Below are positions 1 through 12,204 of a DNA stretch of 64,000 nt, piece by piece. The stretch comes from Scenedesmus sp. PABB004 (taxonomy: Eukaryota), in contig JABVCE010000003.1 of NCBI GenBank assembly GCA_014905635.1, positions 682,001-746,000 of the forward strand. The letters run 5' to 3'. Within the stretch, counting starts at the first letter, position 1. The number at the start of each line of letters is the position of its first letter. The notes beneath the pieces are model-generated. The model ran no database searches. It saw only the letters and a program-made list of their open reading frames with translations, and was not told the DNA's origin. Position numbers and translations under genes: made by a program.

Positions 1-90
1 CGCACCACCTCCTGGTACGCGAAGCCGCCGGCAGCGGGCGGCTGCCGCGGCGCCGACGCGCCCGCGCGCTGCTGCTGGTGCTGGTGCTGG

Positions 91-123
<33 letters not shown>

Positions 124-392
124 GGCGGCGGCGGCGGCTGCAGCCAGTCCTCCTCCTGCCCGCGATACGCGCGGCGCCAGCCGGCGCCCGCCGGCGGCGG
201 GCGCGGCTGCGCCGGCGCCGCCGGCTGCGGCGCGGGCTGCGGCGCGCCCCAGTTCAGCACCGGCAGCGCGAAAAGGCCGGCGGGCGCCACGGGGTGCGCG
301 GGATCGGCCTGAGCCGGCGCGCCGGCGCGCTGCTGCGCCTCCTGCTGCCCGCCGCCGATCGGCGGCGGCGGCGGCTCCGGCTCCGGCTCCAT
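1..392 (-). CDS. Hypothetical Pro/Gln-rich protein, 5' part; runs off the window start
   Basis: ATG at 392 opens MEPEPEPPPPPIGGGQQEAQ...GLFALPVLNWGAPQ...polyQ...GGFAYQEVV with no stop before position 1. No recognisable domain. Confidence 0.5.
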
Positions 393-1370
393 GGCGCCCA
401 GCGCGCCCTCAGCCGAGGCCGTGGCGCCTGACGGCGGGGCGGCGCGGCGCGGCGCGGGGCGGCGCGGGGCGGCGGCATGAATCTTCCGGAACGCGGCGGA
501 GTGCGCGATCCGAGCGGCCGCGACGCACGCACCACACACGCGCCTCACAGGCTGCTGTCCATCGCGGCGCGCGCCGGCTTGGGCTTGGGCTGCCGGCAGC
601 GCGCGCGCCCCAGTCGCCCGATCGACCGGCTGTGCATCGCGGAAGGCTCTCGCCGGGCGCGGGTGACCGCTGCGTGCCTCCGACCGTGAACGATCTGGTG
701 CCCAAGCGCCGCGCACCGGATTGTGCAGACGGTCGCGGCGTGCCGCCTGAACCGCCGAGCAGCCCCGACGCGCGTGCTCGCCCGCCCGGGGGGCGGTACT
801 CTGAATCGACGACGCTAATTGGAGATTCAGGCAGCTCATCGCCGGGGCAGCGCAGGCCGCGCGGGCCGCGCAGGCGTGGTGCAGGCGTGATGGCCCACGT
901 CGACGACGCGACCGTGCTGCGCGACGCCGCGCTCGACGCGGCCGCGTTTGGCGGCCCGCCGCCCGCGCTCGGCACCGCGAGCACCGCGGTGCTGCCGCGC
1001 ACGGCGGTGGCGTGACCCACGGGCGGCGGCGGCGCAGCGGGCGCGCGACGGCCGGCAGGCGGGGCAGCAGGCGGGGCAGCAGACGTGGCAGCGCGCTGGC
1101 GGCGCGTCCGACGAGGCGGCAGCAGCGCAGGGGGGGGGGGATGCGACGAGGTGTGGCAAGCCAGCGGCTGGGCGGGTGGTGGTCGCGCGGGGCAGCGAGC
1201 GAGCCAGCGGTGGGGCGGGGTCCGGTGCCGGCGTGGGGCGATTCTTTGACCGTGGCTGGTGACAGCGGGCGCGTGCCAGTTGCGGGGGCGGGGCGGACGG
1301 GGGCGTTGGTTGCTTGCGCGCCACTAGCGCGGGGACGCTAATACTAGCAGCACAGCGGGGGGACGTGAGG

Positions 1371-1895
1371 TTAACCTAAGCTGCCCGACGCCGACGCGCT
1401 GCCGCGCCGCGCCGCGCCCGCCGCGCCCGCGCCCGACGCCGACGCGCTGCCAGCCCTCGCGCGCGCCGCCGCGGCCGCCGCCGCGCCCGGCCGCCGGCGG
1501 CGCCGCGCGGCGGCGTCGGCGACCTCGCGCCGCAGCTGCTCGACCAGGCGCGCCGCGAGGCGCGCGACCTCGTCGTCGTGGTGCGCGCGCAGGCCCTTCA
1601 GCGTCCGGCCCAGCTGCGGCGTCGCGGCCAGCTGCTCCTCTCCCAGGCGGTAGCAGGCGAGCTGGCGCAGCGCGCCGCGCACGCCCGCGAGCGCGCCCGG
1701 CGCGCCCGGCGGCGCACTCAGCGCCGCGAGCAGGCGCGCGAGCTCCGCGCCGTCGGCGCTCTGCGCCGGCAGGAGCACGACGCCCGCGCAGTCGGCTATG
1801 CGCGCCTGGCGCTGCGCCGTCCGCCTGCGCGGCTGCTGCTGCTGCTGCTGCTGCTCCTGCGTCAGGGGGGCGAAGAAGGCCGTTATCTTCGCCAT
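1371..1895 (-). CDS. TFIIS N-terminal (TND/LW, Med26-like) domain protein, single exon, 174 aa
   Basis: LRQLACYRLGEEQLAATPQLGRTLKGLRAHHDDEVARLAARLVEQLRR fits the TFIIS-N helical-bundle pattern (L..T.lG..l..LR.h....V...A..Lv). ATG 1895, TAA 1371-1373. Confidence 0.7.
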   Translation of the reverse strand: MAKITAFFAPLTQEQQQQQQQPRRRTAQRQARIADCAGVVLLPAQSADGAELARLLAALSAPPGAPGALAGVRGALRQLACYRLGEEQLAATPQLGRTLKGLRAHHDDEVARLAARLVEQLRREVADAAARRRRRPGAAAAAAARARAGSASASGAGAAGAARRGSASASGSLG

Positions 1896-2740
1896 CGCGC
1901 CGCCGCCGCGACGCAGCTGCGCGCGCAGCGGCTGCAGCGCTTGAACGGCGAGCGGCCGGGTGCGGCGTGCGCGGCGCGTGCGGCGGTGCAGACAGCTGCC
2001 CGGGGCGCTCTGGCCAGCCCGGGGAGCCCGGGGGGAGGAATGGACAGCGACGACGGCGCGGCTTGAGCCCCGCCGACGCCGTCGTCGTCGCAACCGCCCG
2101 CCGCCACCGCCGCCGCCGCCATTGCCCCGCGCACCGCCACGCGCGCGTCACGCTCGTCGTCGCCGGGGCAGCAGCTCCCGACGCCCGACGCACCGCGCCG
2201 GCGCCCGCTCGGCCCCGCGCCGCGCGTGGGCCGCGCGTGGGCCGCGCGTGGGCGGGACCGGGAGCACTGGCCCGCTGCCGGTGCCGGACGCCGCGCCGGC
2301 GCACGCGGCGCACGCGCGCCGCTCCGCGCGCCCCGCCGGCCGCGGCGGCGCCGACGCGCGGGCGGCGGCCTGCTCCCCCGGCCCTGATCGCGTCAGGCAG
2401 CTCCAGAACAGTGGGGCCGACAGCTGGGCAGCGCCGCAGCGGACGCCGCGCGATGTCGCGAGCGCGGCTGCCGCGGGGCGGGGCGCGCGGCGCGGCCCCG
2501 AGGCGTCGTGGCGCGGCAGGGGCTGTGTGGCGCTGACGACGCGGGCGGCCTGAGCAGCTGCTGCTTGGCCCCAGCCCCCTCGGGCGAGCGCCGCGGGGCC
2601 GCCGGCGACGCGGCTCACACCGCCAGCGCACCCCCCGCTGGCCGCCCTCGCGCGCCGACGCCATCCTGCACCAACGCAACGCGCCGCCGCGCCCGCGCTC
2701 GCCCGCTGCCCCGCGCGCCGCCTGCGCGCCGGCCCCCGCT

Positions 2741-5700
2741 TCACGCCGCCGAGGCCTTGGCCTTTTTCCGCGCCTGCTTCCCGCTGCTGCCGCTGCCGCT
2801 GCCGCCGCCGGCCTCGCCGCCGGCCGCGCCGCCGGCCTCGCCCTCGGGCGGCACGCCGGTCTCGGGGCGCACGCGCTGGGGCTGGAAGACATAGACGTTG
2901 TAGATCACGTTGCGCCGTATCTGGGCCATGGTCTCCAGGAAGAGGTTGTAGCCCTCGAGCTTGAACTCGGTCAGCGGGTCCTTGCTCGCGTACCCGCGCA
3001 GCCCGACCGCCTGCTGCAGGAACTTGATCGCCTGCGCCGCGGCGGGCGCGTGTGCGGAGCGCGGCGGCGCGCGCGGGGGCGTGTGAGGGGGAGGGCGCGC
3101 GCCGCGCGGCGCGGCCGCGCAGGGCCGCGCGCCGCGGGCGGGGAGCGGCGCAGGCGCCGCGAGGGCCGCGCGCCTGCAGGTGCTCCTTCCAGAGGTTGTC
3201 CGTCTGGGTGAGGACGAAGAACTTCTGCGCCTCCTGCATGAGCCCCGGCTCGATGCTGTCCACCGCCGCCGCCTTCTGCTCGTACGCCGCGACCGCGAGG
3301 CTGCGCAGGTACGACCGCAGCCCCTCAAACGTGCCGCCGCCCTGGCTCGCCAGCTCCGCGCCTGCGCGCGGAGGTCGGCCGGCGGGCGCGGCCGTCGGGC
3401 GCGGCGCGGCGCCGGGCAGGGGGCGGGCCCGCCTCCGCGCGCGGGGGCCTGCGCGCCGCGCCGCGCCGCGCCGCGCCGCGCGGGCGCGGGGTGTGCCGCG
3501 CGCGCGCCTGTGAGTCCCTGCAGCAGGGGGCAGTACTGCACCATCTTGGCCGCGAGCGCGTCGAGCTTCCACTCCGACGGGTCGGCCGCGCGGTCGACGT
3601 TGGCCTGCGCGGCGGCGGGCGCGGGCGCAGGCGCGCGCGGCGGCGGGCGCGTCAGAACGGGCGGCGCGCCGTGTGCGAGGCCGATCAACAAACTCGCTTG
3701 CAACAACAACAGAGCGACGCGGCGAGGCAGCAGCAGCAGGCGCCTGCCGCGGCCGCGGGGCCGCACCGCACCTCGAGTATGTCGTCGCATGTCTTCTCCG
3801 CGTACTCCACCATGAGCGGCCCCAGGCCCTCGCTCAGCAGCGCGCGGCGGCGCTCCGCGTACACGCGGTCGCGCTGCGTGTTGACGACCTGGTCGTAGTC
3901 AAACAGGTTCCTGGGTTTAGCAGGGGGGGGGGGCAGGGTTTATAGGGGGGTGGGAGGGTGGGGAAGGCGGCTGATGCACATGCGCGCGCCGCACGCGCCG
4001 CACGCGCCGCACGCGGCCCCGCAGCCCCCTCCGCGCCGCGCGCACGCGGCCCCCCGCCGCCCGCCCCGCCCTCGGGTCCAGCGGCGCCCCCGGCGGCGGC
4101 CTCCTCCCTGCCCGGTGCCTCACTTGCGAATGTCATAGAAGTAGCTCTCCACGCGCTTCTGCGCCGTGTCGAGCGCGTCGCTGAGCATCGTGCTCTCCAT
4201 GGGCAGGTCCTCTACGCGGAAGGCGACCATCAGGTTCTTGATGCGGTCCCGCCAAACACCCTGGGAGAGGGGGGGGGGGGGGCGTGGGCGCGAGGCGAGG
4301 GAGCGCGCGCGTGTGGGCGAAGCGGTGGCGCGGGGCGCCGTCGCCCCGCGCGGCCCTGGCGCCCCGCCGCGCCGCGCTGCAAAACCGCGCCGAACCCTGG
4401 GCACCGCGCTGAGCCCTGAGCCCGCGCCCCGCGCTTAACCCCGCGCCGGCCCGCGCCTGAAGAGCGAGTCCTCGAGCGAGAGGAAGAAGCGCGTCGACCC
4501 GGGGTCGCCCTGCCGCCCGCTGCGGCCGCGCAGCTGGTTGTCAATGCGCCGCGACTCGTGGCGCTCCGTGCCGACGACGTGCAGCCCCCCGAGCGACACG
4601 ACGTCCGCCTTCTCCGCGTCCGTCACGGCCTTGAACTCGGCCAGCATCGCCTGGGGATTGGGAGGGTGTGGGTGTGGGTGTGGGGAGGGGGGTGCGTCGG
4701 GCAGGCGTGTCGTGTGGGCGCGGGCAGGCAAAGGGAGGGCATGATGGAGCGGCGGCGGCGGCAGTTGTTGCGGCAGCGGCAGCGGCGGCGGCGCCCCGCC
4801 CGCCCACCCCCAGGCCCGCACCTGGTAGACGCCGCGCAGCTGCAGCAGTACCTCGTCGCTCGTCGCGCCCTTCTCGCACGCCACGCTCAGCCGGTCCTCC
4901 GCGTCGAGCAGCGACAGCGACCGCCCGCCCCACGCCGACGACGCGGCCTTGACCGCGGCCCGCGCCGCGGCGAGCGTCGCGTCGCTGAGCGGGCACGGGA
5001 AGATGCTCGGGTCGGCGGCAAAGGAGCGCACGTTGGACCGCCCCGACCGCGTCTTGGCGTACGCGTCGTCCGCCTCCGTCTGCGCGCGCATCGCACGCGG
5101 CGGGCGGCGGCAGAGGAGCGCGGGCGCGGGCGTGGGTGCAAGGCGCCGGCGCCGGCGGCGGCGCGCGGTGCGTGCTGCGCGTGCTGCGTGCTGGGCGCGG
5201 CGCGCGGCGCGCCGCGCGCGCGCCTGCGCGACGACGTCCGGCAGCAGCAGCCCGCGCAGCGCGAGGCGTGCGAGGTAGTCAGGGTTGCCGCCGAGCAGGA
5301 TGTCTGTCCCCCGCCCCGCCATGTTGGTGCTGATCGTGACTGCGCCGCGCCGCCCGCTCTGCGCGACGATCTCGCTCTCGCGCTCCACGTTCTCGGGCTT
5401 GGCGTTCAGCACCTGCGGGCGTGCGTGTGTGTGTGTGTGGGGGGGGGGGGGGAGTGAGGAGCGAGGGGCAAGCGCGCGTGGCGCAGCGCACGGCAGCGCG
5501 GCGCCCGCCAGCGCGGCAGCGCCGGCGCCCCGCAGCCGCGCGACGGCGGCGGCGCAGCGCGTGCCCCTGCCCCCCCCCCCCCCCCCCCGCGCCCGCGCGC
5601 GCCTGCGCCGCCGCCGGCGCGCCTGGTGCTTGATGCCCGCCGCGTCGAGCATATCGCTGAGTAGCTCGCTCTTCTCGACGCTCGTCGTGCCGACCAGCAC

Positions 5701-7020
5701 GGGGCGGCCGGTCGCGTGGATGCGCTGAATCTCGGTCACCACCGCCGTCCACTTGTACTGCTCCAGCCTGGGGAGAGATGGCGGCGGCGGGGAGGGCAGG
5801 CCGCGGGCAGGGCGGCGGGGAGGGGAGAGAGAGGGGAGGGCGGGGAGAGTTGGGGCGGGGGAGGCGAGCGACGGTGCGGCGGCGAGCGCGGGCGCGTGGA
5901 GCGCGCGCGCGCGCGCGCGCGCGGCAGGCAACCAGCAGCGCCGCGCGCCTGAACACGACGTCGGGGTTGTCGGTGCGGCTGATGGCCCGGTTGGTCGGCA
6001 CGACCGCGACTGGGAGCTTGTAGATGCCGTCAAACTCGCTGACCTCGGTCGCGGCGGTGCCGGTCATGCCGGCGAGCTTGGGGAAGTTCCTGCGCGGCGC
6101 GCGCGGCGCGCGCGGGGGCGGCGGTGCCAGGGTTCAGGGTTCAGGGTTCAGGGCCCGGGGCTCAGGGGGGAGGGGGGGGGCAGCGTGGGGCGGGGCGCGC
6201 CTGCGCGCGGGGCGCCGACACAGCGCGTGCGGCCACTGCGAGCCCCGGGCGCGCGCGAGCACGACGCAAGAGCCCCCCCCCCCCACACACACACACACGC
6301 CGCGAGCCCCGGGCGCGGGTGCGGTCACTGCCGCGGGGCGCGGGGCGCGCGCCTGAAGAAGGCCTGGTATGAGACGCTGGCGAGGGTGATGGACTCGGCG
6401 TTGATGTCGAGCCCCTCCTTCGCCTCGACCGCCTGGTGCAGGCCGTCGCTCCAGCGCCGCCCCGGCATGGTGCGGCCCGTGAACTCGTCGACGATGATGA
6501 CCTGGTGGGGGTGGCCGGGCGGGCGGGGGCGCGGGCGTGTGGGCGTGCGGGTGTGGGGGTGTGTGCGTGTGCGTGTGGATGTGCGTCGCGGGCGCGGAGC
6601 GGGGGCAGAGGGAGCGACGCACTGAGAGGCGCGCGCGGCCCGCGCGGCGCGGCGGCCCCCGAAGGACGCCGCCGCGAGCGGCAGCCCGCCAGCCCGGCCG
6701 CGGCCGCGGCCGCGGCCGCGGCGGGGCGTCACACGCGCGCACCTCTCCCTTTTTGACGATGTAGTTGACGTCCTTCACAAAGAGCTCCTTGGCCTTGATG
6801 GCGTTGATGGTGTATGACGCCCACTGCGTGCGCGGGTCGTACAGGTCCGGCACCTGTGTGTGGCGCGGCGCGGGGCGCAGGGCGGTGCGGCGCGCGGGGT
6901 GGGGGGCGGGGGACAGGGAGGCAGCGGGGGGAGAGAGGGGGCGGGGCGGGGCGGGGAGAGGAGGAGGACGGGCAGGGACGGCGGGGGAGGCGGGGATCAG
7001 ACGGCGCGGCGCCGGCAGGC

Positions 7021-7051
<31 letters not shown>

Positions 7052-9092
7052 TGCCCTCGCCCAGCCCGGCGCGCTGCCGCCGCGCGCTGCCGCGCGCTGC
7101 CGCCGCCGCGCCGCGGCCGCGCCTGCAGCACGTCCTCGACCGCCTCGTAGCCGTCCTCGGTGAGCAGCACGTTGCGCTGCTTCTCGTCGACCGTGTAGTG
7201 CAGGTCGCGCGTCAGCGCGTCTGCGGCACACGCGCGGCAGGGCCAGCCGCGCGCGCGGCGGCGGCGGGGGCTCGCGCCCAACCCGCGGCGCCGCGCCGCG
7301 CCCCCGGCGCGCTGCGCCGCGCGCCCCTGGCGCCTCGCCGCGCTGCGTCGCGCCGCGGTGTCGTGCCGCCGCGCGTGTCGCGCCGCACCCGCGATCTTGG
7401 CTGCCTTGACGTACTTGTCGCTGGGCTTGTCGCTCGTGCCGCTGATGATGAGCGGCGTGCGCGCCTCATCAATGAGGATTGAGTCGACCTCGTCGATGAC
7501 GCAAAAGTTGAACGGACTCGCCGCGCGCAGCACGAGCTCGCCCGGCGACTGCCGGCCCGGGCGGGGGAGGGGGTGCGGTGGGGGCGGGAGCGGTGGCGGA
7601 GAGGTCGTGGGGAGGTGGGGAGATGAGGCGGGACGAGGGGCGCGCGGGCGGGGGCGCCGCGCGGCGGGCCCCTGCGCCGCAGCGTCGGCCCGTCCGCGGC
7701 GGCCCCCCGCCGCGGCGCGGCGCGGCGCGGCGGCTCACCCCCGCGAGGTTGTCGCGCAGGTAGTCAAAGCCCAGCTCGCTGTTGGTCACGTACGTGATGT
7801 CAGCGCCGTACGCGCCGCGCCGCGCCTCGGGCGTCATGTCGGCCTGGACCAGGCCCACCTGACCGCGCGGCACGCGCAGGCGGGCGCGGCGCACGCCAGG
7901 CGCGTCGGCGCGGGCAGCGCCGCGGTTGCTGGCACCGCCAGCTCCCGCCGCTCCTGCCGCCGCCGCTGCCAGCGGCTGTTGCTGGCGCCGCCGCCGCTGC
8001 GCGCCGCCGCCGCCGCTGCTCGCCGCACCTGCATGCCGAGGAAGCGCGGGACCTGGCCGACCCACTCGCTGTCGCGGCGGGCGAGGTAGTCGTTGACCGT
8101 CACCACGTGCACGCCCCGCCCCGACAGCGCGTTGAGGTAGCTCGGGAGCACCGCGACCAGCGTCTTGCCCTCGCCTGCGACGCGGACGCGGCGCGCGGAC
8201 CGCTCGGCGGCCGCCCGCCCGACCGGCCGCGACCCTGCCGCCGCCCTGCTGCCGCCCCGCGCGGCGCGCGGCCCGCGGCGCGCCGCCGCCGCAACGCTGC
8301 CGCCGGGCGGCTGCCTGGCTGCCTGGCCGCGGCGGCGCCGCTCGGCGGCGTGCCGCCTGGCCTCCTCGCCCCGTGGCCGCCGCACCGGTGCGCATCTCTG
8401 CGATCTGGCCCTCGTGCAGGATCATGCCGCCGATGAGCTGCACGTCAAACGGGCGCAGCCCCAGCACGCGGCGCGACGCCTCGCGCACGACCTGCGGTGC
8501 AGGCGGCGCGGCAGGCGGCGTCGGGCACGAATGCGCGGGCCGCGCGGCGCGCGCATGCATGCGGCGGCGGCGCCGGCAGCGGCGGCGCCGCTGGCCGGGG
8601 AGGGAGCGCCGCCGCCTCTCCCCCGCGAGCGCGCGGCCGCGGCGCGCGGCGCAGCGGCGGCGGCGGCGCGCGCACCGCAAACGCCTCGGGCAGCACCGCC
8701 TCCAGGCTCTCGCCCGCCGCGACGCGGGCCTTGAACTCGGCGGTCTTGCCGCGCAGCTGGTCGTCGCTGAGCGCCGCGATGGCGGGCTCCAGCGCGTTGA
8801 TGGCCTGCACGCGCGCTTCATACGTCTTGCGCGTCTTCTCCGACGGGTCCTGCTTGAAGAGCTTGTCGAAGAAGGCGCGCGGCGCCACGGGCCGCGCCCG
8901 GGAGGCGCGCGCGGGGCGCAGCGGCGCCCCCGCGGCGCCGCAGGCGCCCGCCAGGCTGCGCGATTGCTGGCCACCCGCCGCGCGCGGCCCGCAGGCGCGC
9001 GGCGGCGCGGCGTGGAGCGCCAGCACGGGGACAGCGCTGCATCGCGATTGGCCACGCGCCGCGCCGAGCGCGCGGCGCGCCGGGAGCAGCAT
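2741..9092 (-). CDS. secA: Plastid preprotein translocase SecA, 18 exons, with transit peptide; one apparent 1-nt frameshift near 4249
   Basis: Exons give [135 protein letters not shown]. Ala/Arg-rich N-terminus and the plastid/cyanobacterial-type insertion after GGNPDY. Confidence 0.97.
6128..6153 (+). repeat. (CAGGGTT)3 CAGGG telomere-like heptamer run in a SecA intron
   Basis: cagggttcagggttcagggttcaggg read directly; one base different from TTTAGGG. Confidence 0.75.
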
Positions 9093-9553
9093 GGCCCGTC
9101 ACGCTGGGCAGCGAGCGCTGGGGGCGGCGGCGCGCACGCCACGGCGAGAGCGCGAGATCTGCGCGCCGCCGCGCGCGCCGGCTGGACCACCTGCCGCGCC
9201 TGCGCCACGCGACCGCTCCGCTGCCCTTCCCCTGCTCGAGCAACAAAACGCCGGGCGATCGCCGAGGAGGGCGGCGCCCGAACCCGACGCTCCGGCCCGC
9301 CTCGCACCGGCCTGCGGCCCCCCCTGGGCCCGCAGCAGCAGCAGCACATCACCGCCAGAGCTCGCCCGGCGCCAGGTCGGCGGTGGAGCGGCCCGCCGCC
9401 CGGCAGCAGCCGCAGGATCGGCCCAGCAGTCGTTGACGTGCGCCGCGACGCCTGCGGCGCGGCAGCGGCGCCGGGGCGGCGGCGGCGGCGGGCCGGCGGC
9501 AGCGGCGGCCGGCGCGGCGCGCGCCGCGGCGCCTCGCGGCAGCCGCGGGCGCC

Positions 9554-10210
9554 ATGGACGATGACGGCGCGGGGCCCTCGGAGCGGGGGGTCAAGAAGGA
9601 GCGCGGCACGGCGCGCAAGGTGCGCGGCGGCGCGGGGCAACAACGGCGCGCGCAGGAGGGCGCGGTCGCGGCGCGTGCTGCAGCGACCGGCGCCGGCCGC
9701 GGCGGCGGCGCCTCCAGCGTCGTCAGCGCGAGCGCCGCAGCAGCGGCGGCGGCATGGGGCGCCACGGCGGGCCGCGCGGCGGCAGCGGCCTCACGGCCGC
9801 CCTCTCTGCTCTCGCCGCGCAGTTTGCGCCCACCGTGCCGAGCCGGCGGCGCAAGGACGAGGGCAGCCCCGCGCCCGCGGCAGCGGCCGACGCCGCGGCG
9901 GCAAACGAGGCGTTCCAGGCCCTGATCCGCGCGGCGCAGGCGGAGAGCAAGTGGGAGCGCGGCGGCCGCGGCCGCGGCCGCGGCGCGGGCCGCGGCGCCG
10001 GCGCGGCGCAGCAGGTCACGTTCGGCGGCGGCGACGACGCGGGCGCACCCCACGCCGGCCGCGGCGCACAGCAGCCAGCGGCGGCAGGCGGGCGCGGCGG
10101 CGCCGCCGCACCCGGGTGCGGCGCCGGCGGCGGGGGCGGGCGCCGGCGGCGGCGGCCGCATCGCGGCCCGCAGCGGCATCGGTGGCGGCTGCGGCGCCCC
10201 GGCTCGCTCA

Positions 10211-10300
<90 letters not shown>

Positions 10301-11958
10301 AGGAAGCCCGCCGTGAAGACGGAGGGCGGCGGCAAGGCCAAGGGCAAGGCGGGCAAGGGCGAGGCCAAGGCGGGCAGGGGCGCCAGGGCCCGCAAGGCCG
10401 CGCCGGAGGCGGAGCGGGGCGCCGGCGCCGGCGGCGAGAGCAGCGACGGCGACGGTGCGCGCCGGCAGCGGGAGCAGTGGGCGCAGGCCCGCGCGCCTCT
10501 CGCCGCGCCGCCGCCCACGGCACGCTGCCCGCGTGCGCCGCACCACGCGCCGCGCCGCGCCCGCCGCCGCGACTGCAGGGCCGCTGTTCAACTATGAGCA
10601 GAGCTTCCCCACCAGCCTGCCGCTCAGCCTGCACCACCCCCTCGACCCCGAGGCCGACGCGGAGGCCGACGCCGCGCTGTTCCGCTGCGGGCTGCCGCAG
10701 GACCTCATGCTGATACAGGTGGGCGGACCAGCGCGCGCGCGGAGCGGGGAGGGGGCAGGCGGGCCCGCAAGCGGCGCAGCCGGCTGCCCCGCGCGGCCCA
10801 CGCCGCCCCCGCCGCTCCCGCCGCCGCCGCGCGCGCGCGCAGGACGCGCCTGTCGACGCCGCGCGCGCGCTGGGCCTGCTGGACCCGGGCGCGTCCGGCG
10901 AGGCCCTGTGCCTCTTCCAGCTGCCCGCTGTGCTGCCGCTCGAGCCACCGCCGGCGGGCGAGGCGGCCGCGGGCAGGCAGGAGGCCAAGCCGGAGCCCGC
11001 CAAGCAGCGCGGCGGGGGCGCGGGCAGCAGCAAGGCGGCGGCGGCGGCCGGCGCCGCGGCGGCGGGCGCTGCCGCCGGCGGCGCGGCAGCGTCGGCGCCG
11101 CCGGCGCGCGGCGGCGGCGCGGCGCTGCGCGACCTGCCGTCGGGGCGGCTCGGCCGGCTGCTGGTGTTCCGCAGCGGGCGCGTGAAGCTGCAGGTCGGCG
11201 GCGTGCTGATGGATGTCGCGGCGGGCGTGCCCTGCGTGACGCGCCAGGACGTGGTTGCGGTCAACGCCGCAGCGGGGCACCTGGTGCAGCTCGGCGCCGT
11301 CGCGCGGCGCGCCGTGGTGTGCCCCGACGTGTGGCAGCTCATGCGCGACGCCGAGCCGCGCGACTTCAAGCGCGCGCCCGGCCTGGCCGAGCGCCAGGCG
11401 GAGCTGGCCGCGCGCGCGGCGGAGGCCAGCCGCGCGGCGGCGGAGCGCGCGCGCGCGCGGCGCGACGCGGCCGCGGCCGCGGCCGGGGGCGGCCGCGCGG
11501 CCGCCAGGAAGGCGGGCGCGGCGGGCGCGGCCGCTGCGGCGCCGGACGCGGGCGGCGGGGAGGCCATGGAGCTGGACGGCGCGCCTGCCGCGGACGGCAA
11601 GGCCGCCGCCAGCGACGGCGGCGGCAGCAGCAGCGAGTCCAGCAGCAGCAGCGAAGAAGGGAGCGAAGAAGGGAGCAGCGGGAGCGACAGCGACAGCAGC
11701 GACAGCAGCAGCAGCAGCAGCAGCGCGGAGAGCAGCTCCAGCAGCGACGAAGAGGACTCAACCAGGCGGCCGGCCGGCAAGCCGAAGCAGGCGCCTGCTG
11801 CGACGGGCGCCGACGCCCGGGCCGCCAAGAGCCGCCGCGGCGGCGCGCGGGGCGGCGCGGCTGCGACGCCGCGCGGGCGCGGGCGCGGGCGCGGGCGGCG
11901 AGGCGCCGGCGCCGGCGCCGGCGCCGGCGGCGGCGGCGCGATGGACGTGGACGCGTAG
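9554..11958 (+). CDS. RPC4: RNA polymerase III subunit RPC4/RPC53, multi-exon
   Basis: N-terminal [12 protein letters not shown] and C-terminal LFQLPAVLP...[28 protein letters not shown]...[14 protein letters not shown], typical of the RPC4 domain. Head-to-head with secA. Confidence 0.9.
10211..10300 (+). repeat. (CGC)30 trinucleotide microsatellite at the 3' end of an RPC4 intron
   Basis: 90-nt perfect run between a CTCAC branch-like motif and the AG acceptor at 10301-10302. Confidence 0.9.
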
Positions 11959-12204
11959 CACGCGGCGGCTCGCGTGCGCAGTTGTCACCCGCCGACGCTC
12001 GCAAAGGTGACGTCCCTTCGACCGCGCCGCCGCCGCCGCTGGTCCCCCGCCGCCCCGCCCCGCTCCCGCCACACCACCGGCGAGCCGTCCCGACCTGCGC
12101 CGGAGCTGATCACCGACGACAGCTCGCGCGCCGCCCGGCAGCAGCAGCGGCGCCGCTGCTGTCGCCCGACAGCCCGCCCGCCCGCCAACGCCCTTCCAGC
12201 AGCG

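Noticed and set aside
890..1015. Short + strand ORF MAHVDDATVLRDAALDAAAFGG...
   Set aside because: Only 41 codons, with no recognisable motif or linked exons.
2220..2253. Three copies of the 11-mer CCGCGCGTGGG upstream of the TFIIS-N gene
   Set aside because: Resembles plant site II (TGGGCY) but is easily produced by slippage at this GC content.
2741..8700. Introner-like transposon origin for the CAG|GC...CAG introns
   Set aside because: The flanking CAG is just splice consensus, and the introns share no sequence beyond low-complexity GC runs.
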